Positions 8,983 to 18,255 of a DNA stretch of 64,000 nucleotides are shown piece after piece. Under the pieces are notes generated by a model. The model was not told the DNA's origin and searched no databases. It was given only the letters and a program-made list of their open reading frames with translations. This stretch comes from Bacteroidales bacterium. Lineage in GTDB: Bacteria; Bacteroidota; Bacteroidia; Bacteroidales; VadinHA17. The stretch spans positions 656 to 64,655 of the forward strand of contig JARGFQ010000001.1 in the NCBI GenBank assembly GCA_029210565.1, in the 5' to 3' direction. Numbering within the stretch: the first letter of the stretch is position 1; the number at the start of each line of letters is the position of its first letter. Both the position numbers and the translations under genes were made by a program.

Positions 8983-10494
8983 TTACGACTCTTCCTCCCT
9001 GAGGAGTTCCCTGTCAACTATATCTGCAGCTTCCTGTACCTTTTTCAGCTCCTCGGGTGTGTAACGCCTCATTTTGATCTTCGCCGCGGCCATGAAGATG
9101 GTCATGAACGGACTGATGATGTTGAAGAAGCAGTAGGGTGCGTAAGCCCAGGTGGAGACCCCGAGCACGCTCGACTGTGTTGCACCGCAGGTGTTCCAGG
9201 GCACCAGCACCGAAGTCACCGTACCGGAGTCCTCCAGCGTGCGGCTCAGCAGCTCGGGCTTGAAGCCCATGTCGCGGAATTTCTTTGCATACATTCGTCC
9301 GGGTATCACAATCGACAGGTACTGGTCGGAGGCCGTGACGTTGAAGAAGAGACATGTGGCCACCGTTGACCCTACCAGGGTGCCGGCGTTATGCACAGAC
9401 TTCATCATGCGCTCGGTGATGGTACGCAGCATGCCCGATGCCTCCATCACTCCTCCGAAGAACATTGCGCAGATGATGAGCCATACAGTATTGAGCATGC
9501 CCGCCATTCCTCTGGTCTTCAGCAGCTCGTCGACGGAGAGGTCGCCGGTGACTATTGTCACCGGACCGAACATCGCCTTTGTCACCGAGATGTATGCCTG
9601 CTTGACGTAAGAGCCATCCGTGCCCGCAATCTCCCTGAGGAGGTCGGGCTGGAAGATGATGGCGCAGACTGCTCCGAGGAGTGTGCCGGCCAGCAGCGAC
9701 GGCAGCGGCGGCACCTTCTTTACAATGATGAAGATCAGAAAGGCCGGTACGATGAGCAGTATCGGACTGATATTGAACTTTGCCTTTATTGCCTCCTGTA
9801 CCGCGGTGGTTGTCGTGGCGGTGTCGCTGTAATCGCCCGAGAAGCCTATGATCAGGAAGATTATCAGGGTGATGATCCATGACGGACCGGTGGTCAGTAC
9901 CATATACCTGATATGGGTAAAGAGGTCAGTGCCTGCCACCGCCGGGGCCAGGTTGGTGGTGTCGGAGAGGGGCGACATCTTGTCGCCGAAGTAGGCTCCG
10001 GAGATTATCGCACCGGCAACCATCGCCTCACCGAAACCGAGGGTTGTGCCTATCCCCAGCAGGGCAACACCTATGGTGGCTACCGTTGACCAGGAACTGC
10101 CTGTGGAGATGGAGACCAGAGAGCAGATGAAGACGGTGGCAAAGAGGAATATTACCGGATTGAGTATCTCCAGTCCGTAATAGATGAGCATCGGTATCAC
10201 GCCGCTCACCATCCAGGTGCCTGCCAGTGACCCGATAAGAAAGAGGATAAGCATGGCGGGCATGGCCGTCATGATAGTATGTGTGACTCTCTTGAGGAGG
10301 TAATTCCACTTGAATCCCAGGAAGACGGAGATGACACCTGCCACCGCAGCAGCAAGTATGAGGGCTATCTGGTTGGCACCCGAGAGGGTGTCGTCACGGA
10401 AATATTTTACATTGAGGGCAAGCAGGACGATCAGGACTACCAGGGGCAGGAGCGACTGCAGCATCGAAGGGTTTCTGCTCTGTTTTGCGGACAT
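8983..10494 (-). CDS. nhaC: Na+/H+ antiporter, NhaC family
   Basis: 503-aa polytopic membrane protein with NhaC-like length and sequence character. The overlapping alternative-frame ORFs are shadows. Confidence 0.75.
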   Translation of the reverse strand: MSAKQSRNPSMLQSLLPLVVLIVLLALNVKYFRDDTLSGANQIALILAAAVAGVISVFLGFKWNYLLKRVTHTIMTAMPAMLILFLIGSLAGTWMVSGVIPMLIYYGLEILNPVIFLFATVFICSLVSISTGSSWSTVATIGVALLGIGTTLGFGEAMVAGAIISGAYFGDKMSPLSDTTNLAPAVAGTDLFTHIRYMVLTTGPSWIITLIIFLIIGFSGDYSDTATTTTAVQEAIKAKFNISPILLIVPAFLIFIIVKKVPPLPSLLAGTLLGAVCAIIFQPDLLREIAGTDGSYVKQAYISVTKAMFGPVTIVTGDLSVDELLKTRGMAGMLNTVWLIICAMFFGGVMEASGMLRTITERMMKSVHNAGTLVGSTVATCLFFNVTASDQYLSIVIPGRMYAKKFRDMGFKPELLSRTLEDSGTVTSVLVPWNTCGATQSSVLGVSTWAYAPYCFFNIISPFMTIFMAAAKIKMRRYTPEELKKVQEAADIVDRELLREEES

Positions 10495-10595
10495 TGAATA
10501 GATCTGATGTTGCGACGTGCAATTTACTATTTTCCGCGCTTTTTCTTGATTTTGACCTTAAAAGTTATTACTTTGTATCATCCTTTAATTGTCAT

Positions 10596-11183
10596 ATGGG
10601 CCAGTATCCTGACATATTCAGTATCAATCCCGAGGACAAGATACCGGGGAAGGGTAGGGTTCTCATCTCTGAGCCTTTTCTTACCGACCGCTTTTTCAAC
10701 CGTACCATTGTTTTTCTTACAGAGCACACGGCAGAGGGCACGGTAGGCTTTATCCTCAACCGCGTCATCGACCTGATGGTCAGCAGTGCCGTGCAGGGGT
10801 TCGACGGGTGGGATGAACATCTCAGCGTCGGCGGCCCTGTGGCTCCCGATACCCTCCATTACCTCCACTCGCTGGGCTCAAGGGTGCCTGGCAGCCTTCC
10901 TGTTATACCCGGTATATGGTGGGGGGGAGAGATCGATGCCCTGCGCAACCTTATTGCCACAGGCACCGTCACCCATGACCAGGTGCGCTTCTTCCTGGGT
11001 TACTCGGGATGGGAGAAGGGACAGCTGAAGAGAGAGCTGACTGAGAATTCATGGGTCATTGCCAGGGTGCCGCCGGAGGTGATCATGAAAAGCCGCGGCG
11101 ACGTATGGCGCGATGTGCTGCGCTCTCTCAACAACAAATACCGCATCTGGGCCGAGTTCCCCGAATCGCCAGAGATGAACTGA
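10596..11183 (+). CDS. YqgE/AlgH family protein (DUF179)
   Basis: ...LISEPFLTDRFFNRTIVFLTEHTAEGTVGFILNR...LHYLH...VRFFLGYSGW..GQL..E is characteristic of YqgE/AlgH. I chose the internal ATG at 10596 (MGQYPDIF...) because the 10485 start would add an implausible leader overlapping the start of nhaC. Confidence 0.75.
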   Translation: MGQYPDIFSINPEDKIPGKGRVLISEPFLTDRFFNRTIVFLTEHTAEGTVGFILNRVIDLMVSSAVQGFDGWDEHLSVGGPVAPDTLHYLHSLGSRVPGSLPVIPGIWWGGEIDALRNLIATGTVTHDQVRFFLGYSGWEKGQLKRELTENSWVIARVPPEVIMKSRGDVWRDVLRSLNNKYRIWAEFPESPEMN

Positions 11184-11362
11184 GGTCGGCATCCCGGTAA
11201 GCTCAGGGGTAACCATCACATCTTATCTGCAGGCTACAAACCCGATAATAGACGGAGCAATAATCTGTGAATATCTCAGCATTGATGATCCGGTTCAGGC
11301 ATGAGCTTTGACCTGACTCACGCCGTGAGGGAGGGTCCGGCTCCGGTAGTTACAGGCAGAGG

Positions 11363-12370
11363 TCAGTGCATTATCTTGAATACCAGCTCGCGCAGCAGAT
11401 GGCCCGCGTCACTGCCCGCCTCGCCAAATCCCTTGGCCTTGAGATCGTATGACCTGATGAGGCTGATGATGTTCATGGTAGCCCCGACATTGTAGATGGC
11501 TGCAGCTGCACGGAAATCCTTAACATACCCCGGATATGTCTTCAGCATCGCCACCACATTGCCGTCACTCCTGTCCTTGAGGGTGTGAAAGATGAGCACC
11601 CTGGTGAAGCTGTTGAAGAGCACCGGGAAGATGAGTGGAATGATCTCCTTCTTTGAGTGGCCGGCATAATAATTCACCACACGCGCCGCCTTCAGCGGAT
11701 CGCGGTAGACGATCGCCTTCCAGAGCTCGTTGGGGGAGTAGTCCTTGCTGATGCCTATGCTCTTTTCTATCAGCTCCGTGGTGATGCGGGGGTTATCCTT
11801 CGGGAGGGAGATGATGAGCTTTTCGAGTTCGTTGGCTATCTTGCCGAGATCATTGCCGAGAAACTCGGCCAACAGCCTCGATGCATCGGTGCCGGCCATG
11901 ATGCCCCTGTCAGTAAGGTACCTGTCTATCCATCCGGGTATCTGGTACTCGAATATCTTCTCTGACTCAAAGTACCATCCTTTTCTGGAGAGCGACTTAT
12001 ACAGGGAGCGTCTCCTGTCAAGACCGTCATACTTGTAGGCCACAACGAGGATGGTTGAGTTCAAAGGATTGTCAACATATAACAGCAGATCATCGATCTT
12101 TTTGAGCTTCTGCGCTTCACGTACTATCACAACCTGCTGGTTTGACATCATCGGGAAACGCCGACATGTCTCAATAACCTGTGTGACAGACACATCAAGG
12201 CCGTACAGGACTGTCTGGTTGAAATCCTTCTCCGACTCATCAAGCACATTCTCTTCAATGAAGTCGGTGATCAGGTCAATATAATAGGGCTCCTTCCCGG
12301 CAAGGAAATATACCGGTTTGTAGATCTTGTTTCTGAGGTCCCTGATAATCTCTTTGTAGTCGGCTGCCAT
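11363..12370 (-). CDS. holA: DNA polymerase III subunit delta
   Basis: 335 aa. The N-terminus ...KPVYFLAGKEPYYID... and the overall length and character fit HolA. Confidence 0.75.
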   Translation of the reverse strand: MAADYKEIIRDLRNKIYKPVYFLAGKEPYYIDLITDFIEENVLDESEKDFNQTVLYGLDVSVTQVIETCRRFPMMSNQQVVIVREAQKLKKIDDLLLYVDNPLNSTILVVAYKYDGLDRRRSLYKSLSRKGWYFESEKIFEYQIPGWIDRYLTDRGIMAGTDASRLLAEFLGNDLGKIANELEKLIISLPKDNPRITTELIEKSIGISKDYSPNELWKAIVYRDPLKAARVVNYYAGHSKKEIIPLIFPVLFNSFTRVLIFHTLKDRSDGNVVAMLKTYPGYVKDFRAAAAIYNVGATMNIISLIRSYDLKAKGFGEAGSDAGHLLRELVFKIMH

Positions 12371-13140
12371 CAGAAGCGCAGATGTTTTACCGATATGCCA
12401 TTCTCCTCGATCTCTGTCAACGCTTCGATGCCTATGCGCAGGTGTTTCTCGGTGAAGAGGGTCGTCACCTTCTGGTCACTCTCCCCGGTCTTGATGCCGG
12501 TGGATATCATGGGCTGGTCTGAGACCAGCAGGAGCGCACCGGTGGGTATCTCGTTGGCGAACCCAACCGTAAAGATGGTGGCGGTCTCCATGTCAATGGC
12601 CATGGCGCGCGTCTTGACAAGATACTTCTTGAACCTGTCATCATACTCCCATACCCGCCTGTTGGTGGTATAAACCGTTCCGGTGTAGTACTCGAGGTTG
12701 TTTCTGACAATGGCGGCGGAGACAGCACTCTGAAGCTTGAAGGCCGGCAGGGCCGGTATCTCCTGTGGCAGGTAATCGTTCGAGGTACCGTCGCTGCGGA
12801 TAGCAGCTATCGGAAGGATGAGGTCACCAAGCTTGTTCTTCTTCTTCAGCCCCCCGCACTTGCCAAGAAAGAGAACCGCCTTGGGGTGGATGGCGCTGAG
12901 GAGATCCATGATCGTGGCTGCGTTGGGACTGCCCATGCCGAAGTTGATGATGGTAATATTGCCGGCAGTGGCACTGGGCCAGTTCTTGTCCTTGCCTTCA
13001 ACCTTGACCTTGTTCCACCTGGCAAACATCTCTACATAGAGAGTGAAGTTGGTGAGGAGTATAAACTCTCCGAAGGATGCAAGATCCTTGCCCGTATACC
13101 GGGGCAGCCAGTTGCTGACTATATCTTCTTTCGTTCTCAT
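12370..13140 (-). CDS. AMP nucleosidase-like protein (short PNP/UDP-phosphorylase-fold form)
   Basis: 256 aa with a nucleoside-phosphorylase-like core (…FLGKCGGL…AIDMETATIF…). It overlaps the holA start by 1 nt. Confidence 0.6.
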   Translation of the reverse strand: MRTKEDIVSNWLPRYTGKDLASFGEFILLTNFTLYVEMFARWNKVKVEGKDKNWPSATAGNITIINFGMGSPNAATIMDLLSAIHPKAVLFLGKCGGLKKKNKLGDLILPIAAIRSDGTSNDYLPQEIPALPAFKLQSAVSAAIVRNNLEYYTGTVYTTNRRVWEYDDRFKKYLVKTRAMAIDMETATIFTVGFANEIPTGALLLVSDQPMISTGIKTGESDQKVTTLFTEKHLRIGIEALTEIEENGISVKHLRF

Positions 13141-13201
13141 GATCTCCGGTGCTGTTTGTTTATATTTGCCCTTCTAAGGGTTATCAAAAATACAAATTAA
13201 G

Positions 13202-13666
13202 TTGAAACCGCTGAAACTGCCTCCGTGTTCATTGCGCATAAAAGAAGGTCCCGGAGAAAAGGCCATCTATGATCCCCTGCGTAAGAAGTACGTGGCCCTC
13301 ACACCTGAGGAGTGGGTGAGGCAGCATTTTGTAAACTACCTGGTACAGCACCTGGGCTATCCGCCGGGACTGATAGGCATCGAGGTAGGGTTCAGACTTC
13401 ACTCGATGCTCCGCCGGGCAGATATACTGATTCATGACCGCACCGGCGAGCCTGTGATGATAGTTGAATGCAAGGCTCCTGAGGTGAAGATCACCCAGGA
13501 GGTATTTGACCAGATCATAAACTACAACTTTAGCTACGGGGTCAGGTACCTGGTTGTCACCAACGGCCTTACTCACTTCGCCGGGAAGATAAACACTGTG
13601 ACACACAGTTTTGATCTGCTCGATCATATTCCTGATTATGAAACTATTATACGGACAGCGCCATGA
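13202..13666 (+). CDS. Type I restriction enzyme HsdR N-terminal domain-containing protein (stand-alone PD-(D/E)xK-like)
   Basis: 154 aa from a TTG start. ...LTPEEWVRQHFVNYL...ADILIHDRTGEPVMIVECKAPEV... shows the D...E-x-K nuclease-like arrangement typical of this family. Confidence 0.65.
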   Translation: MKPLKLPPCSLRIKEGPGEKAIYDPLRKKYVALTPEEWVRQHFVNYLVQHLGYPPGLIGIEVGFRLHSMLRRADILIHDRTGEPVMIVECKAPEVKITQEVFDQIINYNFSYGVRYLVVTNGLTHFAGKINTVTHSFDLLDHIPDYETIIRTAP

Positions 13667-14634
13667 TTGACGTGACATGCGCCCTGATCCGCAATGATGA
13701 AGGACTGGTGCTTGCAATGAGGCGCGGACAGGGTATGAACAATGCCGGCAAGTGGGAGTTTCCGGGGGGAAAGACCCGGGAGGGGGAGGATCATGAGGAT
13801 TGCATCATCAGGGAGATAGACGAGGAGCTGGGGATCTGCATTATCATTACCGGCTTCCTGGAGCCTGTGGAGCACGATTACGGCGACAGGGAGATCCGTC
13901 TTATACCCTTCTTGTGCGAGACGCTGGCATCAAAGCCGGAGTTACGGGAACATGATGACTACCGATGGATGAAGCCCCAGGAGCTGGTCACACTTGACAT
14001 GACAGCAGCGGATGTCTTTGTTGCACAGGAGTATGCTGAACATTACAGGGCAGATGACCGGCATGAACCCGGGACGGACGAGACTGTTGTCATCGATGAG
14101 CCGGGTGATGAGCTGGCTGGGATGCTGAGCCGCATCTTCAGCGTGGAGGAGATAACCATGGTTGCGCACTCGGCAGCTCGTGACTCCTCGCTGCTGTCGC
14201 AGCTGGTGGCGCTCTCCTCAAGCAGGCAGAAGAGGGTGGGGTTCATGGCCTCCTGGGCCCTGTCAAAGGTCTCCGATATGGACCCGGCAAAACTCATTCC
14301 CTGGCTCGGACTCATGATTGATGCACTTCCATCGGTGCCTAATGAGAGCGTGCAGCGGTCTTTCCTGAGGGTGATATACAAGAGTAGTGTGGCAGACATA
14401 CCTGAGTCGCATCACTCAAAGTTAATCGACTATTGTATGACTACTATGCGCCATGAGAATACTCCTGTGGCACCCAGAGCTTACGGGATGGAGATACTTG
14501 CATCGTTCTGTTCTCTCTATCCCGGGATGGTCAATGAGGTCAGCGCTGCAGTGCAGCTGGCCATCACCGACGCCTCCGGAGGTATGAAGGCAGCGGGGCG
14601 GAAAATCATTCTGAGATTAGGCAGCAGACAATAG
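13663..14634 (+). CDS. NUDIX (MutT-like) hydrolase fused to a C-terminal helical-repeat (HEAT/ARM-like) domain
   Basis: The N-terminus carries a Nudix box (GKWEFPGGKTREGEDHEDCIIREIDEELG). About 190 further residues are helical and repeat-like. ATGA start/stop overlap with the preceding gene. Confidence 0.7.
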   Translation: MIDVTCALIRNDEGLVLAMRRGQGMNNAGKWEFPGGKTREGEDHEDCIIREIDEELGICIIITGFLEPVEHDYGDREIRLIPFLCETLASKPELREHDDYRWMKPQELVTLDMTAADVFVAQEYAEHYRADDRHEPGTDETVVIDEPGDELAGMLSRIFSVEEITMVAHSAARDSSLLSQLVALSSSRQKRVGFMASWALSKVSDMDPAKLIPWLGLMIDALPSVPNESVQRSFLRVIYKSSVADIPESHHSKLIDYCMTTMRHENTPVAPRAYGMEILASFCSLYPGMVNEVSAAVQLAITDASGGMKAAGRKIILRLGSRQ

Positions 14635-14641
14635 AAGAATT

Positions 14642-14732
14642 TTCGATTTCAGTTTTTCGATTGTCGATTTAATTGTCAATTAAAATTCGCAATTCGCAAA
14701 TCGCAAATCCTTCAGACGATACCGACTTCCGA
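14642..14732. repeat. Tract with 7-nt periodicity (ttcgatt..ttcgatt gtcgatt..aattcgc aattcgc aaatcgc aaatcct..) filling the gap between convergent genes
   Basis: Read directly. Thirteen successive heptamers, many in near-identical adjacent pairs. Confidence 0.7.
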
Positions 14733-14733
14733 C

Positions 14734-16155
14734 TTATTTCATCTTCATCGTCTTCCTGATCCAGGTGGTCATGATCTCCAGCGCCTCAGGTGCAAAGGTC
14801 TCCTCTATTCTGATATACTCTTCAGGTGAGCCTGTTTCGGTATGCTGAAAGAGATGATTGAGTCCGGGCATCGCTACAGTCTTGACCTTGCGGTTGCCTC
14901 CCTTCTTCAGGGCCTTCTTTATTGCCGGCAGGTTCTGCTCATGGTTGACCTGCAGGTCCTTCTCCCCGTTGAGAGCCAGCACCGGGCATCTGACCTGTGA
15001 CCAGAACGGCGCCGGATCGGCCTCAATGAAGTATCTCATCCAGGGATTGTTGACAGAGGCCAGTCCCTGCGTGAAGGCTGCCATCTTCTCCTTGCGCTGG
15101 TCCGCACTCAGCCCCTGCTTATCGAGTTCACTGCCGTACCACGCCATGGCATCCTTAGCAAACTGGCGCTGATCGGGTACCTCCACGGCCATCCTGAAAA
15201 GGTGGCTGTTGACGGCCACCGTCTCTTCAATCTCAGCTTCATCCATGCCTGAGGCCGCATAGATGTCACGTGCCTGCTGCAGCATAATCTCGGATCCGCG
15301 TACCCCGGGTCCTGCCAGTGATATAATAAAGGCAATGTTGCTGTTGCGTGATGCCACTATCGGGGCTATCATTCCCCCTTCGCTGTGTCCTGCCAGACCT
15401 GTCTTCCCGTGGTCGATCTCCGGGCGCTGCAGTAGGTATGTCACTGCTGCCTCGGCATCATCAGCGAGGGTCATTGTGGTTGCATTATTCATCCTCCCCT
15501 TTGATTTGCCGATGCCCCTGTCATCATACCTGAGCACGGCGATGCCGTTGCGCGTCAGGTGGTCGGCGATGACGTGGAAAGGCTTGTGGTAGAAGATGCT
15601 CTCATCACGGTCCTGAGCGCCAGAGCCGGTGATAAGCACCACGGCAGGAAAGGGGCCTTCGCCCTCCGGCAGTGTCAGTGTGCCTGCCAGGTCGAAGTTT
15701 TCGACGGGGTTAAGGAAGGTGACCTCCTCCTCTTTATACGGATAGGGGGGCTCGGGTGTCTGGGGGCGTTTGTACTCAACCACAGGTGCTGCCTCGTTTT
15801 TAAGGTCGAGGTCTATGCTGGCTCCCATCTGTATCAGTCTGCCGTTGAGAAGAGTGTCGCCCACAGGCAGCCCCCTGTATTCGCCTCTTATCAATGGGGC
15901 CCGGGCAATAAGAGTGTCACCCTCAAAGGTGACCCTGCCCATGGGAATTCCCATGGCCCCCTGGTCGGGTGAGTCAAGGGTCCCCTTTAAGGTGTCTGCT
16001 TCAGTCATCTCGAAGTGGAACACCAGCCGCAGGTCGCCGGCAGGAATGCTGAGTGTGCCCACCCAGGTGCCTTCGATATCTATCAGCGATTTCTGGCTGA
16101 CCGCCGCTGCGGCAGCAAATGCAAGTACAAGTAAAAAAACTATTGATCTTTTCAT
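14734..16155 (-). CDS. Secreted alpha/beta-fold hydrolase (S9/esterase-like)
   Basis: Signal peptide and an N-terminal beta-rich domain, then a hydrolase core with the nucleophile elbow GHSEGG and a C-terminal ...GLNHLFQ... His region. Confidence 0.7.
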   Translation of the reverse strand: MKRSIVFLLVLAFAAAAAVSQKSLIDIEGTWVGTLSIPAGDLRLVFHFEMTEADTLKGTLDSPDQGAMGIPMGRVTFEGDTLIARAPLIRGEYRGLPVGDTLLNGRLIQMGASIDLDLKNEAAPVVEYKRPQTPEPPYPYKEEEVTFLNPVENFDLAGTLTLPEGEGPFPAVVLITGSGAQDRDESIFYHKPFHVIADHLTRNGIAVLRYDDRGIGKSKGRMNNATTMTLADDAEAAVTYLLQRPEIDHGKTGLAGHSEGGMIAPIVASRNSNIAFIISLAGPGVRGSEIMLQQARDIYAASGMDEAEIEETVAVNSHLFRMAVEVPDQRQFAKDAMAWYGSELDKQGLSADQRKEKMAAFTQGLASVNNPWMRYFIEADPAPFWSQVRCPVLALNGEKDLQVNHEQNLPAIKKALKKGGNRKVKTVAMPGLNHLFQHTETGSPEEYIRIEETFAPEALEIMTTWIRKTMKMK

Positions 16156-16225
16156 TGAAGCTGTTCTTTATTATTTCAGTGCGGTCTCAAAAATAGCCAT
16201 TTCCGGTTAGATTACGGGGAGAGAA

Positions 16226-16359
16226 AATATGTTCAACATTCACAATACTCAATGGCCGGCAATGATGGCATTTTACCGTGTGGCGATGCGGGAATATGTT
16301 CAACATTCACAATACTCAATGGCCGGCAATGAAGGCTTTTTATCGTGTGGCGGACAGGG
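16226..16359. repeat. Two tandem copies of a 67-bp unit
   Basis: Copy 1 is 16226-16292 and copy 2 is 16293-16359. The first 40 nt (aatatgttcaacattcacaatactcaatggccggcaatga) are identical, and the remaining 27 nt differ at several positions. Confidence 0.9.
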
Positions 16360-16482
16360 TGTTCAGTTTCAGACAAACACGAGACAATGGATATTCCTGT
16401 ATGTAATTTGCCGTGTGATAGTTCGTGTACTGCAGCATTGGCAGAGCCACTGATACTCCTGCTCCCCGACGGGGACTGACAT

Positions 16483-18243
16483 TTATTCCGGCAGGGTGAT
16501 GATGAATTCGGTGCCGCCGCCGGGACGTGTCCTGACCGATATCTCTCCCCTGTGCAAGAGCACGGCGTTCTTCACTATCGAGAGTCCCAGTCCCGTGCCG
16601 CCGCTCTTGCGCGAGCGGCCGTCGTCGATCCTGTAAAACCTCTCGAAGATCCTCGGCTGGTGCTCCGGGGGTATGCCGATCCCATTGTCGGCAAAGGAGA
16701 TGGAGCGGTAACCCGGATCGGATTCGATATTCCTGACAGTGATGGTGATGTTCTCACCGCCGTAGGAGACGGCGTTCTCCATCAGGTTCTGGAAGACGGA
16801 GACGATTAACGACCTGTTGGCGGTGATGACAGTGCCTGCGGGAATGTCCACCTCAACGGAGATATTCCTCTTATTGATGGCCGTCAGAAGTATGTCGTGC
16901 ACATCTTTTAACACCTCTGCCAGGTCGACCTTCTCAAAGGTAAAGCTGCCGCCTGTCTCGTCAAGCTTGTTCAGAGTCACTATGTCAGTTATCAGGTCTG
17001 TGAGGCGTGTCGACTGTGCCATTGCCTTCTCCAGGAAATACCTCTTTTTCTCCTCACTCAGGTCATCATTGACCATCAGTGTCTCAAGGTATCCCCTGAC
17101 GGAGGAGATGGGGGTTTTGAGCTCATGGGCTATGTTTGATGTCATCTGCTGCCTCATGGTCTTGCTGTGCTCGGTGCGGGTGATGTCTGTCAGCAGTATC
17201 TCGAAGCTGTCGTCGTTGAACAGTATGCACCTCACACCAAAATAGCGGCCGGACTTCTCAATGCGAAGCTCTGTCGACGGTGTGTCGGGCCTCTTCCCGG
17301 CATCTCTCTGATTCCCCTCAATGAACGAGCGTATGCCTTCAAAGAGGGGATGGTCAAGAAAACCTTCAGGCCGGAGCGGCTCATCACCGGTGACGGCATT
17401 GAGGAACTCCATGAAGTGGCTGTTGGAGAGAGTCAGCTTCCTGTCGGCGGAGAAGAACGCCACACCCTCGTTCAGCACGTCAAGATGCCTGAAGAGCTTC
17501 TCCTTCTGCAACTCAAGCTCTGCGGTGTTTCTTGCAAGGTTGTTGTATATCCTGACAATCTCCTTACCGGTCTCACCTATCTCGTTCTTCGGGAAAACGA
17601 CGGTGGGATCATTGCCTTCGCCCCTCCTCACCCTGGCGGCGAAGTCGCGCAGCATGGTAATGCTCTTGCTTATCCGGCCCGTCACCAGCAGCAGGAGAGC
17701 CCATACCGCCACGAAGATCACGATTATGAAGGTCAGAAAGCTGGTTTCCAGCTTCAGGAAACCCCTTATGTTTATATTGTACTCCTCGGCCAGCCTGATA
17801 TAATAGTCGCTGTAATATCTTGAGAGGTAGTAGTAGCTCTTGCCTGTCGAATCCGATTTACGGATGATAGTCCCGTAGGGCGCGTTTAGCGACATGGTCA
17901 CCTCGGGTCTGCCCAGGTGGTTGTCCATGACTGTCCAGTCTTCCACGGAGCTGTCGTACAGCACTTTGCCGTCAACAGCGATCACTGTTATGCGGAGGTC
18001 AGGTATGGGAATGAGGTTGAGGATGGAGTCTATCAGCAGGAAATCTCCGGTCTCCGGGAGCGAAGCGGCCCTCACATAGTTATCAACAAGCTGGGTCATG
18101 TCATTCAGCCGGTTGTCGAGAGCATCGATCCTGATCTTCTTCTCGCGGTGGTACTGAAAGGCGAGGACAGCGACTGTAAACAGGAGGAAGATGCTGAAAT
18201 AATACAGGAACAGCCGGTGTCTGTAACTCTTGCTCTCTCTCAT
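16483..18243 (-). CDS. Sensor histidine kinase (PhoR-like architecture)
   Basis: Two TM helices flank a periplasmic domain, followed by HAMP/PAS-like regions, a HisKA H-box (SNIAHELKTPISSVRGYLETL), and HATPase N/G boxes (ENAVSYG..., DNGIGIP, GGTGLGLSIV). Confidence 0.85.
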   Translation of the reverse strand: MRESKSYRHRLFLYYFSIFLLFTVAVLAFQYHREKKIRIDALDNRLNDMTQLVDNYVRAASLPETGDFLLIDSILNLIPIPDLRITVIAVDGKVLYDSSVEDWTVMDNHLGRPEVTMSLNAPYGTIIRKSDSTGKSYYYLSRYYSDYYIRLAEEYNINIRGFLKLETSFLTFIIVIFVAVWALLLLVTGRISKSITMLRDFAARVRRGEGNDPTVVFPKNEIGETGKEIVRIYNNLARNTAELELQKEKLFRHLDVLNEGVAFFSADRKLTLSNSHFMEFLNAVTGDEPLRPEGFLDHPLFEGIRSFIEGNQRDAGKRPDTPSTELRIEKSGRYFGVRCILFNDDSFEILLTDITRTEHSKTMRQQMTSNIAHELKTPISSVRGYLETLMVNDDLSEEKKRYFLEKAMAQSTRLTDLITDIVTLNKLDETGGSFTFEKVDLAEVLKDVHDILLTAINKRNISVEVDIPAGTVITANRSLIVSVFQNLMENAVSYGGENITITVRNIESDPGYRSISFADNGIGIPPEHQPRIFERFYRIDDGRSRKSGGTGLGLSIVKNAVLLHRGEISVRTRPGGGTEFIITLPE

Positions 18244-18255
18244 GCGGTTTTGTCT

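Noticed and set aside
9014-10309. Alternative-frame ORFs of 93-163 aa on both strands inside nhaC
   Set aside because: They overlap a 503-aa membrane-protein frame. Their Arg/His/Gly-rich translations are typical of off-frame reads of GC-rich membrane genes.
16229-16453. 74-aa ORF MFNIHNTQWPAMMAFYRVAMREYVQHSQYSMAGNEGF...
   Set aside because: It is simply the 67-bp tandem repeat translated, so the peptide itself repeats. There is no independent coding evidence.
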